64,000 nt of DNA from an uncultured Chloroflexia bacterium (GTDB lineage: Bacteria; Chloroflexota; Limnocylindria; Limnocylindrales; CSP1-4): NCBI GenBank assembly GCA_963833225.1, contig CAWHXD010000007.1:480001-544000 (forward strand), read 5' to 3'. Both the position numbers and the translations under genes were made by a program. Positions 11,489-20,550 of the stretch are shown here, piece after piece; the first letter of the stretch is position 1, and every line of letters starts with the position of its first letter. The notes under the pieces are model-generated. The model was not told where the DNA came from. It saw only the letters and a list, made by a program, of their open reading frames with translations, and made no database searches.

Positions 11489-11767
11489 ATGCACTCCTCT
11501 CTCATCGGCAAGGTCGAGAAGGCAAATCGCTACGCTCGTGAGCTGGACCGCATCTCGCTCGAGCGGGTCGCCCTGACGTTCCGCGGTGACAACGACACCC
11601 ATCACGTCAGCCTCGATGCCGGTCAGTGGCATTGCACGTGTCATTACTTCGAGAGTTGGGGTTCCTGCGTCCACCTGCTCGCGCTGCAGAAAGTCTTTGG
11701 CGTGATGCTGCCCGATGAGGCGCAGGTCTCGATCTTCGACGCAACGGCCGTGGGCGCCACCGCCTGA
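11489..11767 (+). CDS. Small SWIM-type zinc-finger protein
   Basis: CxC...CxH pattern (WHCTCHYFESWGSCVH); SD ggaggt upstream; followed by hairpin. Confidence 0.8.
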   Translation: MHSSLIGKVEKANRYARELDRISLERVALTFRGDNDTHHVSLDAGQWHCTCHYFESWGSCVHLLALQKVFGVMLPDEAQVSIFDATAVGATA

Positions 11768-11790
11768 GAGCCCACCCCTCAGATCAGGGA

Positions 11791-11820
11791 ACGACGCCGC
11801 CGGTTCACCGGCGGCGTCGT
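11791..11820. terminator. Hairpin between convergent genes (probable bidirectional terminator)
   Basis: Perfect 13-bp stem acgacgccgccgg-ttca-ccggcggcgtcgt. Confidence 0.75.
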
Positions 11821-11832
11821 CGATTCAGGCGG

Positions 11833-12495
11833 CTATCCGGCGGGCCGGAGGCGCCAGTAGTACGCGGCGCTGCCACCCCCCGCGAAGGTGACCTCGACCT
11901 TGAGGGTCCACGGCCCCGCCCCAGAGGGCCCCGCGAACACGGTTGAGTCGGCGGCGCCACTCGCGTACCCCTCGACCTGGCCGGGCCGGCCGCTACGGAT
12001 CGCAGCCCAGGCGGCCGTCCACGAGGCGACGGGGACCTCGGGCATGAACGACAGCGTCCAGGGACCCTTGCCGCCGGCCGCCCGGCCGGCCCGGACGACG
12101 ATCCACGGGGAATCGGAGCCTCCGTCTCCCCACGTGTAGCCGCCCAGGGTCCCGGGAACCAGAACCGCCTCCGCGTCCGCCAGCAGCGCTTGGGGCGGGC
12201 TTGCCGGGATGTCCGTCGCGGGGGTTGGCGCGGGGGTCGTGGGCGCCTCGGTCGGGGAGCTGGTCGGCGTCGCCGGCGGCGCAGTCACCGGCGCCGCCGT
12301 GGGAGGCGTGGTCGCCGCCGCCGATGGCTCCGGGGAGGCCGCCGATGGCGAGGGTGCGGCGAAGCTGGCGGTGCAGCCGGCCGCGAGCATGGCTCCCAGC
12401 ACGGCGGCGACGACCGGTCCGGAGGTGAGCCGGTGCCTGCGATGGCGAACGAACGGCCGGACTGACATCGAAGACCTCTCCTGAGAACGGGCCAT
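11833..12495 (-). CDS. Lipoprotein with Pro/Thr-rich linker
   Basis: Hydrophobic stretch ending LAAGC (lipobox); P/T/A linker; Trp/Tyr-rich beta domain; start uncertain. Confidence 0.7.
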   Translation of the reverse strand: MARSQERSSMSVRPFVRHRRHRLTSGPVVAAVLGAMLAAGCTASFAAPSPSAASPEPSAAATTPPTAAPVTAPPATPTSSPTEAPTTPAPTPATDIPASPPQALLADAEAVLVPGTLGGYTWGDGGSDSPWIVVRAGRAAGGKGPWTLSFMPEVPVASWTAAWAAIRSGRPGQVEGYASGAADSTVFAGPSGAGPWTLKVEVTFAGGGSAAYYWRLRPAG

Positions 12496-12502
12496 GGGCG
12501 GA

Positions 12503-13510
12503 TCAGCGGGGCGCGACCGACAGCGGGCACGTGCCGTTCGGGCACGTCGACACGGTGACGGTGAGTCGGTCGGAGGAAGAGCCTCGCAGCCCCTCGTTCG
12601 ACGGCCGGCGGAACACCGCGCGGACGGTGGTGGGTGACAGCAGGTACAGGCCCGCGGTGTAGGTGCCGGCCGACGCCCGGGTCATGGTCAGGGCGTCGGT
12701 CCAGCCGGACGATGTCCGTCGCTGGAGCACCAGCACCCGCCCAGACACCAGATTGTTCGACAGCTTCCCGGTCCCGGCGCTGCGCAGGGTGGCGGTGAAC
12801 GAGACCCAGCCGGCCCCGGGCAGCCAGGTGGTCGACGCACTGATCGTGGTCTCGCTCGGCACGTCGAGGCAGGTGCTGTAGAGCGTGCTCGTGGTCCGGA
12901 CGTCGTAGACCTGCTGGAGGGTCGCCACGTCGCAGCGTCCAAAGGCGTGGGCGTTGTAGCCGTCCTCGGGTTTCACGCGCGAGTACGTCTGGACGACGGC
13001 ATCGCCGTAGTCGGAGTCGTCCGGCAGGTTGACGTGGTGATCCAGGCCGAGCACGTGGCCGAGCTCATCGAGGGTGATGTTCTCGGCGTCGAAGCAGCCC
13101 CTTGGCCGGCCCGTCGCCTCGCACCAGCGGAGCGTGCCCCAGTCGAACCGGTGGCCGTTCTCGCGCAGGTACACCGCGAACCATGTCGGAGCGTCGCGAC
13201 GGAAGCACGCGAGGCCGTTCTCGCCGCACGGCGCGCTGACGCCGTACGTGATCGTGCTGTCCGCGCCGCTCGCGTGGTCAAACGTGGGTGCCTTGCTCTC
13301 GCGGGTCGTGTTGGCATCCTCGATCGCGTCCTTGATGGCCGTTTTGATGGCGGCGGGCGGCGCGCCACCCGCGCCCCAGCGGTACGTGAGCACCTGGTTC
13401 CGGTTGAACGGGTTGCCCATGAACGGGTCCGGCGTGGCCGCCGTCGCGGCCGGGGCAGCCATGACCAGGACGGCGAGCGCCAGGGTGATGGTGCGGATGG
13501 AGTTCCTCAT
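12503..13510 (-). CDS. Secreted matrixin/metzincin-like protein with variant DELGHxxGxxH motif and C-terminal Ig-like domain
   Basis: Signal peptide MRNSIRTITLALAVLVMAAPA; TLDELGHVLGLDHH; several Cys pairs. Confidence 0.75.
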   Translation of the reverse strand: MRNSIRTITLALAVLVMAAPAATAATPDPFMGNPFNRNQVLTYRWGAGGAPPAAIKTAIKDAIEDANTTRESKAPTFDHASGADSTITYGVSAPCGENGLACFRRDAPTWFAVYLRENGHRFDWGTLRWCEATGRPRGCFDAENITLDELGHVLGLDHHVNLPDDSDYGDAVVQTYSRVKPEDGYNAHAFGRCDVATLQQVYDVRTTSTLYSTCLDVPSETTISASTTWLPGAGWVSFTATLRSAGTGKLSNNLVSGRVLVLQRRTSSGWTDALTMTRASAGTYTAGLYLLSPTTVRAVFRRPSNEGLRGSSSDRLTVTVSTCPNGTCPLSVAPR

Positions 13511-14580
13511 CGGGCAGCTCCTGGATGCGTGCGGAACGGCGAGCTGTCAGGGTCAAGCAGACGGATCCCCCTGCCCCCGGGCCCGTCGCGTGCCACCACG
13601 GGAACGGTGCCCAGCTCGCCCTCGGCGCCCGCGGTTCCGGTCGATCCCTCGGCGAGCGGCATGCCGAGCCCGGTGGTGGTGGTCATCCCGCCGGCTCCGC
13701 TGAGCGTGACCACCGCGACCTCGTCACGGGCCGTCTCAACGACGAGCCGGTCGCCGGCCCGCCCACCGATCGCGGCCGCGAAGGCCCCGGCGGCAAGGGT
13801 CGTCCGGCGCCCGGAGGCGAGGTCCACGGAGATGACGGGGCAAGGGAGCCCGTTGCAGGCGGCGCGAGCGATGAGCGAGCCGCCGACGGTCCCGAGGCCG
13901 GCCCCGATGTCGCGCACCAGCGTCACGGCGCCGCTCGCGGGGTCGAGGACGCGGACCCGGCAGCCGACCGGGGTGCACGAGGACACGGTGAGCCGTCCGC
14001 CCCGATCCAGCACCAGCGTCGTGACGAACGTCGGCCCCAGCCATCGGTCGGGGGCCAGGCCGGCAAGGACTCGATCCGTCCCTCCGTCCGGCCGTCGACG
14101 CCAGACGCCGAGGTCCGTGCGGGTCGCGCGGTCGACGTGGTGCTCGTACAGCGTCTGCCCGTCCGGCGCGAGGACCGCGCTCCGGACCACCGCGGCCTCA
14201 TCCGCCAGCGCCGTGGCGCAGCCGCGGGCGATGTCCAGCAGCCGCAGGTGCGATGCCGTCCCGTCGTCTTCGCCGGTCAGCACCATGCCGTTCACGGGCC
14301 CCGAGGCAAACGACTCCGGCGCGAGGTCCAGTGACCGGCCGACCTCGCCGTCCATCCCGATCGTGAGCGTCTGGCCCTCCAGCGTCCCCGTTCGGTCCAG
14401 GACAGGGTCCAGCTGGTACCAGGTCAGGGCGCCGGAACGCAGGCCGGCTTCCGACGTACAGGGCGGCGGCTCCCACCGGGGCTCGGCGACGAGCGGGCTC
14501 ACGAGGTGCCCGGCTCCAAGCGCGCCGGCGGTGACTGCGGCCAAGAGCGGCGAGACGGCCAGCCATCGCGCGGACTCCAT
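13507..14580 (-). CDS. Secreted/membrane-anchored beta-propeller-like hypothetical protein
   Basis: Strong SD (ggaggagga on minus strand); N-terminal hydrophobic segment; short beta repeats (LAPDGQTLY, VLDPASG, VDLASG); overlaps next start. Confidence 0.65.
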   Translation of the reverse strand: MESARWLAVSPLLAAVTAGALGAGHLVSPLVAEPRWEPPPCTSEAGLRSGALTWYQLDPVLDRTGTLEGQTLTIGMDGEVGRSLDLAPESFASGPVNGMVLTGEDDGTASHLRLLDIARGCATALADEAAVVRSAVLAPDGQTLYEHHVDRATRTDLGVWRRRPDGGTDRVLAGLAPDRWLGPTFVTTLVLDRGGRLTVSSCTPVGCRVRVLDPASGAVTLVRDIGAGLGTVGGSLIARAACNGLPCPVISVDLASGRRTTLAAGAFAAAIGGRAGDRLVVETARDEVAVVTLSGAGGMTTTTGLGMPLAEGSTGTAGAEGELGTVPVVARDGPGGRGIRLLDPDSSPFRTHPGAAR

Positions 14581-14693
14581 TGCTGGTTCCTCCTCCGGCG
14601 GGTGCTGGGTGGGCGGGAGGAGGGCGAGGTGGCTATCTTCGCGGTGACCAATTACCTGCCACTTATCCCGGGGCCGGGTGGTACGCTCCGCGG

Positions 14694-14825
14694 GTCAACG
14701 GGACCCGAGGTCCCTGCAGATCCGACGCGGTCTGGTCGCGAAGCCGGTGTGATTCCGGCACAGTCCCGCTACGGTGACCGCCCCCTGGGGCGGAAGTCCG
14801 GTCGCCGACCCGCCGTCGCCGCTCG
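14694..14825 (+). ncRNA. Cobalamin riboswitch
   Basis: Core gaagccggtgtgattccggcacagtcccgctacggtga and B12-box-like gaagtccggtcgccg; extended -10 TGgTACGCT at 14679-14687; upstream of btuFCD. Confidence 0.88.
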
Positions 14826-14870
14826 AGCCTTCGAGAGAAAGGTCAGGCGTTTCGTGCGATCCACCGCCTG

Positions 14871-14908
14871 ACCCCCGCTTCGATCAGAAGCGAGGGGTCT
14901 TCCGTTTT
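14871..14908 (+). terminator. Riboswitch expression-platform terminator hairpin
   Basis: accccc-gcttc-gatca-gaagc-gaggggt stem followed by cttccgtttt; another hairpin gtcaggcg...cgcctgac just upstream. Confidence 0.6.
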
Positions 14909-14935
14909 CCAGCCCACCCGATTCGGAGTTTCTGC

Positions 14936-15901
14936 GTGGCCGCACGTCCATTCCGCCCCATCCCAGCCCTGGCCGGCCTGCTGCTGGCCGCCATCCTGGC
15001 CGCCTGCTCGGCGGCGCCGCCTGCAACGCCCACCGCCGTCACCCTGACCGACGACGAGGGCACCGTCGTCGCGATCCCGGCCCAGCCGGCCAGGATCGTC
15101 ACCCTGACACCGGCCGCGACCGAGACCCTGTTCGCGCTCGGCGCCGGCGACCGGATCGTCGGCAAGAGCGAGGACATCCTGCTCTACCCACCGGAGGCCG
15201 GCGCCATACCTGACGTCGAGAAGTTCGACGGGTCCGCGATCGTCGTCGACATCGAGCAGATCGTGGCCGCCAAGGCCGATCTCGTGATCGCCGGCGGCAA
15301 CTACGGCACTCCGCCCGACGCGGTGCAGAAGCTGCGCGACCTGGGCATCCCGGTGGTCGTCGTGTACGCACCGGACGTGGCCACCGTGTTCACGGACATC
15401 GAGCTCATCGGCCGGGCGATCGGCACGCCCGACGAGGCCGCCGCCATCGTCGAGCGCATGCAGACCGAGTTCGCCGGCGTGGCCGACGCCGTCGCCAATG
15501 CGCCGACGCCGCGCGTCTACTACGAGATCGACGCGACCGGCGCCTTCTACGGCCCCGCGGACGAATCGTTCCTCGCCGAGATGATCTCGCTGGCCGGCGG
15601 CGACCCGGTCACGACCGGTTCGCCGGACAAGTACGACATCCCCGCGGAGCGGCTGCTCGAGGCGAACCCCGAGGTGATCCTCCTCGGCGACGCCGCGTAC
15701 GGCGTGACGGCGGCCGATGTCGTCGCGCGCCCGGGCTGGGACACGATGACCGCGGTCAAGGACGGCGCCATCCGCCCGATCGAGGACACGATGATCACCC
15801 GGCCCGGACCGCGGCTATTCCTGGGCCTGCAGCTCCTCGCCTCGACGATCCACCCGGATCTCGCGATCCCGTCGTCCAGCCCGATCCCGCCCGTCCCGTG
15901 A
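14936..15901 (+). CDS. btuF: Cobalamin ABC transporter substrate-binding lipoprotein
   Basis: LAAC lipobox; PARIVTLTPAATETLFALG; TRPGPRL; downstream of B12 riboswitch. Confidence 0.88.
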   Translation: MAARPFRPIPALAGLLLAAILAACSAAPPATPTAVTLTDDEGTVVAIPAQPARIVTLTPAATETLFALGAGDRIVGKSEDILLYPPEAGAIPDVEKFDGSAIVVDIEQIVAAKADLVIAGGNYGTPPDAVQKLRDLGIPVVVVYAPDVATVFTDIELIGRAIGTPDEAAAIVERMQTEFAGVADAVANAPTPRVYYEIDATGAFYGPADESFLAEMISLAGGDPVTTGSPDKYDIPAERLLEANPEVILLGDAAYGVTAADVVARPGWDTMTAVKDGAIRPIEDTMITRPGPRLFLGLQLLASTIHPDLAIPSSSPIPPVP

Positions 15902-16977
15902 GCTCGTCCGCGGCCACCGTCGGCGACACGGGGGCACGGCTCCTTGCCGCGTCGCGAACGCGCGACCGGCGGACCGTGCTCGTCGTGGGCGGGCTCGTGG
16001 TCGCGGCGATCGGCGCTGTCCTGGGCATCGGCCTGGGCAGCGTCGCGGTCCCTGTGGGGGACACCATCACGATCGTGCTTGACCGGCTGCTCGGCACCCA
16101 CCTCTCGAGCGCCGACCCGGCGCTGGCCGCCATCGTCTGGGACCTCCGCGTGCCGCGTGTCCTGACCGCGATGGTCGTGGGCTCCGGGCTCGCCGTCGCG
16201 GGCGCCACCTTCCAGGGGCTGCTGCGGAACCCGCTCGCGGATCCGTACGTGCTGGGCACGGCGTCGGGGGCCGCGCTCGGTGCCGCCCTCGCGCTGCTGA
16301 TCCCGGTGCGGGCCCTCGTCCTGGGCTTCGGGCTCGTGCAACTGTTCGCCTTCGTGGGCGCGCTTGCCGCGATCACCACCGTGTACAAGCTGTCGCGGGT
16401 CAGCGGCCTCGCGCCGCTGACCAGCCTGCTGCTCACCGGCTACGCGGTGGCGTCGCTCCTGTCGGCCGGGCTCGCGATGGCGATGTACGTCTCGGGCGCG
16501 GCGCTCCGCCAGATCTTCAACTACCTCCTCGGGAGCTTCCAGATGGCGTCGTGGGAGCGACTGCTGGGAGCGCTGCCGATCGTCGTGCTGGGGACCATCC
16601 TCATCCTGTCCCGGGCGAAGTCGCTCAACGGGCTGCTGCTGGGCGAGGAGCCGGCCAGCAACCTGGGGATCAACGTCGGGCGGGAGCGGGCGCTGCTGCT
16701 CGCCCTCGCCTCGCTGGTCACCGCGGCCGCCGTCACCGTCAGCGGGCTCATCGGCTTCGTGGGCCTCGTGGTGCCCCACGTCGTGCGCCTGCTCACGGGT
16801 CCCAACGCGCGCTCGGTGATCCCGATCTCGGCGATCTGGGGCGCCAACCTCCTGATCTTCGCCGACCTCGCCGCGCGGGTGGCCGGGGACATCCCGGTGG
16901 GCGTCGTGACCGCCGTCATCGGAGCCCCGTTCTTCCTCGTGCTGCTGCGACGCGCCCGTACCGGGTACGAGCTGTGA
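15898..16977 (+). CDS. btuC: Cobalamin ABC transporter permease (FecCD/BtuC family)
   Basis: RVPRVL, RNPLADPYVLG, GLIGFVGLVVPH, IPVGVVTAVIGAPFF. Confidence 0.9.
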   Translation: MSSSAATVGDTGARLLAASRTRDRRTVLVVGGLVVAAIGAVLGIGLGSVAVPVGDTITIVLDRLLGTHLSSADPALAAIVWDLRVPRVLTAMVVGSGLAVAGATFQGLLRNPLADPYVLGTASGAALGAALALLIPVRALVLGFGLVQLFAFVGALAAITTVYKLSRVSGLAPLTSLLLTGYAVASLLSAGLAMAMYVSGAALRQIFNYLLGSFQMASWERLLGALPIVVLGTILILSRAKSLNGLLLGEEPASNLGINVGRERALLLALASLVTAAAVTVSGLIGFVGLVVPHVVRLLTGPNARSVIPISAIWGANLLIFADLAARVAGDIPVGVVTAVIGAPFFLVLLRRARTGYEL

Positions 16978-17741
16978 GCGGCGCGGCGCTCCGGGTTGAC
17001 GGCGTGACCGTCGTGGCCCGGGAGCGGGCGATCCTGTCCGACGTCACGTTCCACCTGGACCACGGCGAGCGGGTTGCGCTGATCGGGCCCAACGGTGCCG
17101 GCAAGTCCACGCTGCTGCGGGTGCTGGCGGGCGTCCTGCGGCCGGTCGCCGGTCGCGTCGAGATCGAGGGGACGCCGATCGCCGACCTCGAGCGATCCGC
17201 GATCGCCCGTCGCCTGGCCGTGGTCCCGCAGCAGACCGCCCTCCCGTTCTCGATGCGGGTCGAGGAGGTGGTGGCGCTTGGCCGGCTGCCACACGAATCC
17301 GCCCTCCGGGGCGCGGGGCCCGCCGACCGCGCGGCGGTCGCGGCGGCGATCGACCGCGTCGGCCTTGGCCACCTGCTTGGCCGCGACGCGCGCGAGCTGT
17401 CCCTGGGCGAGCGGCAGCTGGTCCTGATCGCGCTCGCCGTCGCCCAGGAGGCGCCGGTGCTGCTGCTCGACGAGCCGACCGTCCACCTTGACCTGCGCCA
17501 CCAGGTGGAGGCGATGGAGCTCCTGCGCGACCTCAACGAGCGGGACGGCACCTCGCTCGTCGCCGTCCTCCACGACCTGGGGCTGGCCGCCCACTTCTTC
17601 CCCCGGCTGGTGATCGTGGAGCACGGCCGGATCGTGGCTGACGGTCCGCCGGAGGAGGTCCTCACGGACCAGCGGATCCGCGACACGTTCGGGGTGGCGC
17701 CGGGCCTGGTGCGCCTCGCCGCGGGGGTCAACGGCAGCTGA
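16974..17741 (+). CDS. btuD: Cobalamin ABC transporter ATPase
   Basis: Walker A GPNGAGKST, LSLGE signature, LLLDEPT, VLHD. Confidence 0.9.
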   Translation: MSGAALRVDGVTVVARERAILSDVTFHLDHGERVALIGPNGAGKSTLLRVLAGVLRPVAGRVEIEGTPIADLERSAIARRLAVVPQQTALPFSMRVEEVVALGRLPHESALRGAGPADRAAVAAAIDRVGLGHLLGRDARELSLGERQLVLIALAVAQEAPVLLLDEPTVHLDLRHQVEAMELLRDLNERDGTSLVAVLHDLGLAAHFFPRLVIVEHGRIVADGPPEEVLTDQRIRDTFGVAPGLVRLAAGVNGS

Positions 17742-17792
17742 TCGCGAGGTTGCGTCAACGCACCACGAGCGCCGTCCCGGTACCCTGTGCGG

Positions 17793-18515
17793 GTGCCCCA
17801 CATCCGAGCCGCCGTCCTTGGTCTCGCGCTCACGCTGCTGTTGGCCGCGTGCGGTGCGGCGGCGCCCTCCTCGGCTGCCACGTCGGGAACCGACACGACG
17901 CCCGGCGTGACGGCGGCGCCCGGCGAGTCCGCCTCGCCACTCGAGACAGCGACGCCGGGCGGCAGCGAGGCGCCGACCGCCACCGAGACGCCCGCGCCGA
18001 CGGATTCGCCCGTCGCAACCGACGAGCCCACGCCGACCGAGGTCCCGAGCGGACCCGTGGAAACCGTGGTGCCGGACCCGACCCCCGGCACCGCCGACGC
18101 CTGCTCCGGCAGCGACAAGAACCGCGAGTTCTTTGATGTCGTCGCGCGCTCGGTCAAGTGGCCGGTGCTGTGCGGCGTGCTGCCCAAGGGCTGGTTCGTC
18201 AAGACCGGGCACTACTGGACGGCCGGCGGCGGCAGGATGTATGTCGAGTACGACGGCCCAGGAACGTCGAGGCTGGGGCTGTACGAGGGCGGGTACTGTG
18301 CGACCGAGGGTGGCTGCGATGTCAGCGGGCCCGATGCCTCGGCGCTCGGCGGTGCGCCGCTGGGGCCGCTGGCAGGCACCCTGTACCAGACCGCAGACGG
18401 CTACGCGATCGTCGTCGCCTCCGGCGAGAACCCATCCTGGTTCATGACGACCATCGGCCTCGACCAGGCAACCACCCTCGCGCTCGCCGCGAAGGTCGCC
18501 GAGGTAGGCGGCTAG
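17793..18515 (+). CDS. Lipoprotein with P/T-rich stalk and Cys-containing C-terminal domain
   Basis: LLAAC lipobox; TACCCT -10 six nt before GTG 17793 (alternative start 17787). Confidence 0.72.
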   Translation: MPHIRAAVLGLALTLLLAACGAAAPSSAATSGTDTTPGVTAAPGESASPLETATPGGSEAPTATETPAPTDSPVATDEPTPTEVPSGPVETVVPDPTPGTADACSGSDKNREFFDVVARSVKWPVLCGVLPKGWFVKTGHYWTAGGGRMYVEYDGPGTSRLGLYEGGYCATEGGCDVSGPDASALGGAPLGPLAGTLYQTADGYAIVVASGENPSWFMTTIGLDQATTLALAAKVAEVGG

Positions 18516-18553
18516 CCGACCGCACCCGCCCACTTCGGGCGCACAATGGTCGT

Positions 18554-19684
18554 ATGCAGATCGCCGACTTCGAGCTGGAGCGGTTCTTCGCCCGGTACGA
18601 GTTCGCCGTGCGCCACCTCCTCTGTGCCTCGGACGTGGAGGGCTGGCCGATGGGGGACCTGCTGGCCCTCGCGGATGCCGAGACCGCCGCCCTGTGGCGA
18701 GACCTCCGCCTGGGCTACACGGAGGCGCCCGGCCACCCGCTGCTGCGGGCCGAGATCGCCACCCTGTACGAGTCGATCACGCCCGACGAGGTCCTCGTCT
18801 TCAGCGGTGCCGAGGAGGCGATCTTCATCGCGGCCAACGTGATCCTCCGGCCGGGTGACCACGCGATCGTGGCCTGGCCGGCGTACCAGAGCCTCCACGA
18901 GGTGGCGCGCGCTGTCGGTGCGGACGTGACGTTGCACGAGCTTCGGGCGGAAGGCGGCTGGGCAGTCGACCTTGACCGGCTCCGCGACCAGGTGACGCCG
19001 CGGACCCGCCTGATCGTCATCAACGTGCCCAACAACCCCACCGGGTCGATCCCGGACCCGGCCACCTACCGGGCAATCGCGGACATTGCCGCGGATGCCG
19101 GCGCCACGCTCCTGGTCGACGAGGTGTACCGGTTCCTGGAGCACGATGGCCTCGCGCTGCTCCCCGCCGGAGCGGACGTCGGCCCGCACGGCGTGAGCCT
19201 GGGCGTGATGTCCAAGTCGTTCGCGCTTGCCGGGCTCCGGATCGGCTGGCTGGCCACGCACGACGCCGGCCTCCTGGACCGCGCGACGCGGTTCAAGGAC
19301 TACACCACGATCTGCGCATCGGCGCCCGCGGAGATCCTGGCGCTGGTGGCGCTCCGGGCGAGGGATCGGGCGCTCGCCCGCTCGCGGGGGATCGTGGACG
19401 CGAACCTCGCCCTGCTCGACGCGTTCTTTGCCCGCCAGGCCACCCGGATCGGCTGGGTGCGGCCCAGCGGAGGTCCGGTCGGGTTCCCAGAGCTGCGGAC
19501 GGGCGTCCCCGTCGACCGCTTCGCGCAGGACCTGCTCGAGTCGGAGGGCGTGCTCATCGCGCCCGGTTCCATCTTCGGCCACCCCGGCCACCACTTCCGG
19601 CTGGGATTCGGCCGCACGGACATGCCGGTGGCGCTCGCGGGGCTCGAGCGTTTCCTCGAGCGTGGCGTGGGGGCAGATCGCTGA
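18554..19684 (+). CDS. PLP-dependent aminotransferase class I/II
   Basis: GAEEA, PNNPTG, VDEVYR, MSKSFALAGLRIGW. Confidence 0.92.
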   Translation: MQIADFELERFFARYEFAVRHLLCASDVEGWPMGDLLALADAETAALWRDLRLGYTEAPGHPLLRAEIATLYESITPDEVLVFSGAEEAIFIAANVILRPGDHAIVAWPAYQSLHEVARAVGADVTLHELRAEGGWAVDLDRLRDQVTPRTRLIVINVPNNPTGSIPDPATYRAIADIAADAGATLLVDEVYRFLEHDGLALLPAGADVGPHGVSLGVMSKSFALAGLRIGWLATHDAGLLDRATRFKDYTTICASAPAEILALVALRARDRALARSRGIVDANLALLDAFFARQATRIGWVRPSGGPVGFPELRTGVPVDRFAQDLLESEGVLIAPGSIFGHPGHHFRLGFGRTDMPVALAGLERFLERGVGADR

Positions 19685-19806
19685 CCAAACCGCTGACCGG
19701 CCCCCGACCCGGGGACCACCGGCCCCCCGAACCGGACGTTCCGGCCCTCCGCGCCCGGTGCTCCGCGAGGCATCCTCCCGGTGCGCCACCTGCACGGAGT
19801 CCTGAC

Positions 19807-20511
19807 ATGCGTTCTCGCGCGCCCCGCCGCGCCACCTTCCGCCTTGCCCTGGCCCTCGTCCCGGCCATCCTGCTGCTGCCCGCCGTCGGCGGCTGCGGAG
19901 CGACACCCGAGGTCCCGGGGGCCAGTGGGATCATCGTGGGCACCGGGGACGTGGTGACCGAGCTCCGGGAGCTCGCGCCGTTCACCCGTGTCAGCGTCGG
20001 TGCAGGCCTCAAGGTGATCATCGGCGAGGCTGCCGAGCAGCAGGTCAGCGTTGGGGCGCAGCAGAACCTGCTCCCGGCCATCCGGACAGCGGTCGTCGAC
20101 GGGCAGCTGATCGTCACCATCCCATCCCCGGGCGTGACCGCGACGCAGCCGATGTCGCTCACGCTGCGCATGACGCAGGTCGAGTCCGTCGCGCTTTCGG
20201 CCGGGTCCGTGGGCTACCTCGAGCACACCGGCGCCGCCCTCAACCTCGACGTCTCGGGTGGAGCGGAGATCACCGTGATCGGCGCCACGCCGGACCTGAC
20301 GCTGACCGCGTCCACCGGCTCGCACGCCAAGCTGGGTGAGCTCGTCGCCCAGCGCGCGGAGATCATGGTGAATGACGGGTCCTCGGCGGACCTCAACGTG
20401 GTCACGGCCCTGACGGGCACGGCGGACGGCGGTGCGACGGTCACGCTGATCCACAAGCCGGCGCAGGTCAGCGTCGCGACCAGCTCCGGGGCGACGGTCC
20501 AGGGCGGATAG
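19807..20511 (+). CDS. DUF2807 (GIN/head-domain) lipoprotein
   Basis: Signal ending VGGC; GTGDVVTELRELAPFTRV, NLLPAIRTAVVDGQL, S-G-G beta-helix repeats. Confidence 0.8.
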   Translation: MRSRAPRRATFRLALALVPAILLLPAVGGCGATPEVPGASGIIVGTGDVVTELRELAPFTRVSVGAGLKVIIGEAAEQQVSVGAQQNLLPAIRTAVVDGQLIVTIPSPGVTATQPMSLTLRMTQVESVALSAGSVGYLEHTGAALNLDVSGGAEITVIGATPDLTLTASTGSHAKLGELVAQRAEIMVNDGSSADLNVVTALTGTADGGATVTLIHKPAQVSVATSSGATVQGG

Positions 20512-20550
20512 CGCAGCCGATCAGGCCTCCGGCGGCCTGGACGGAGGCGA

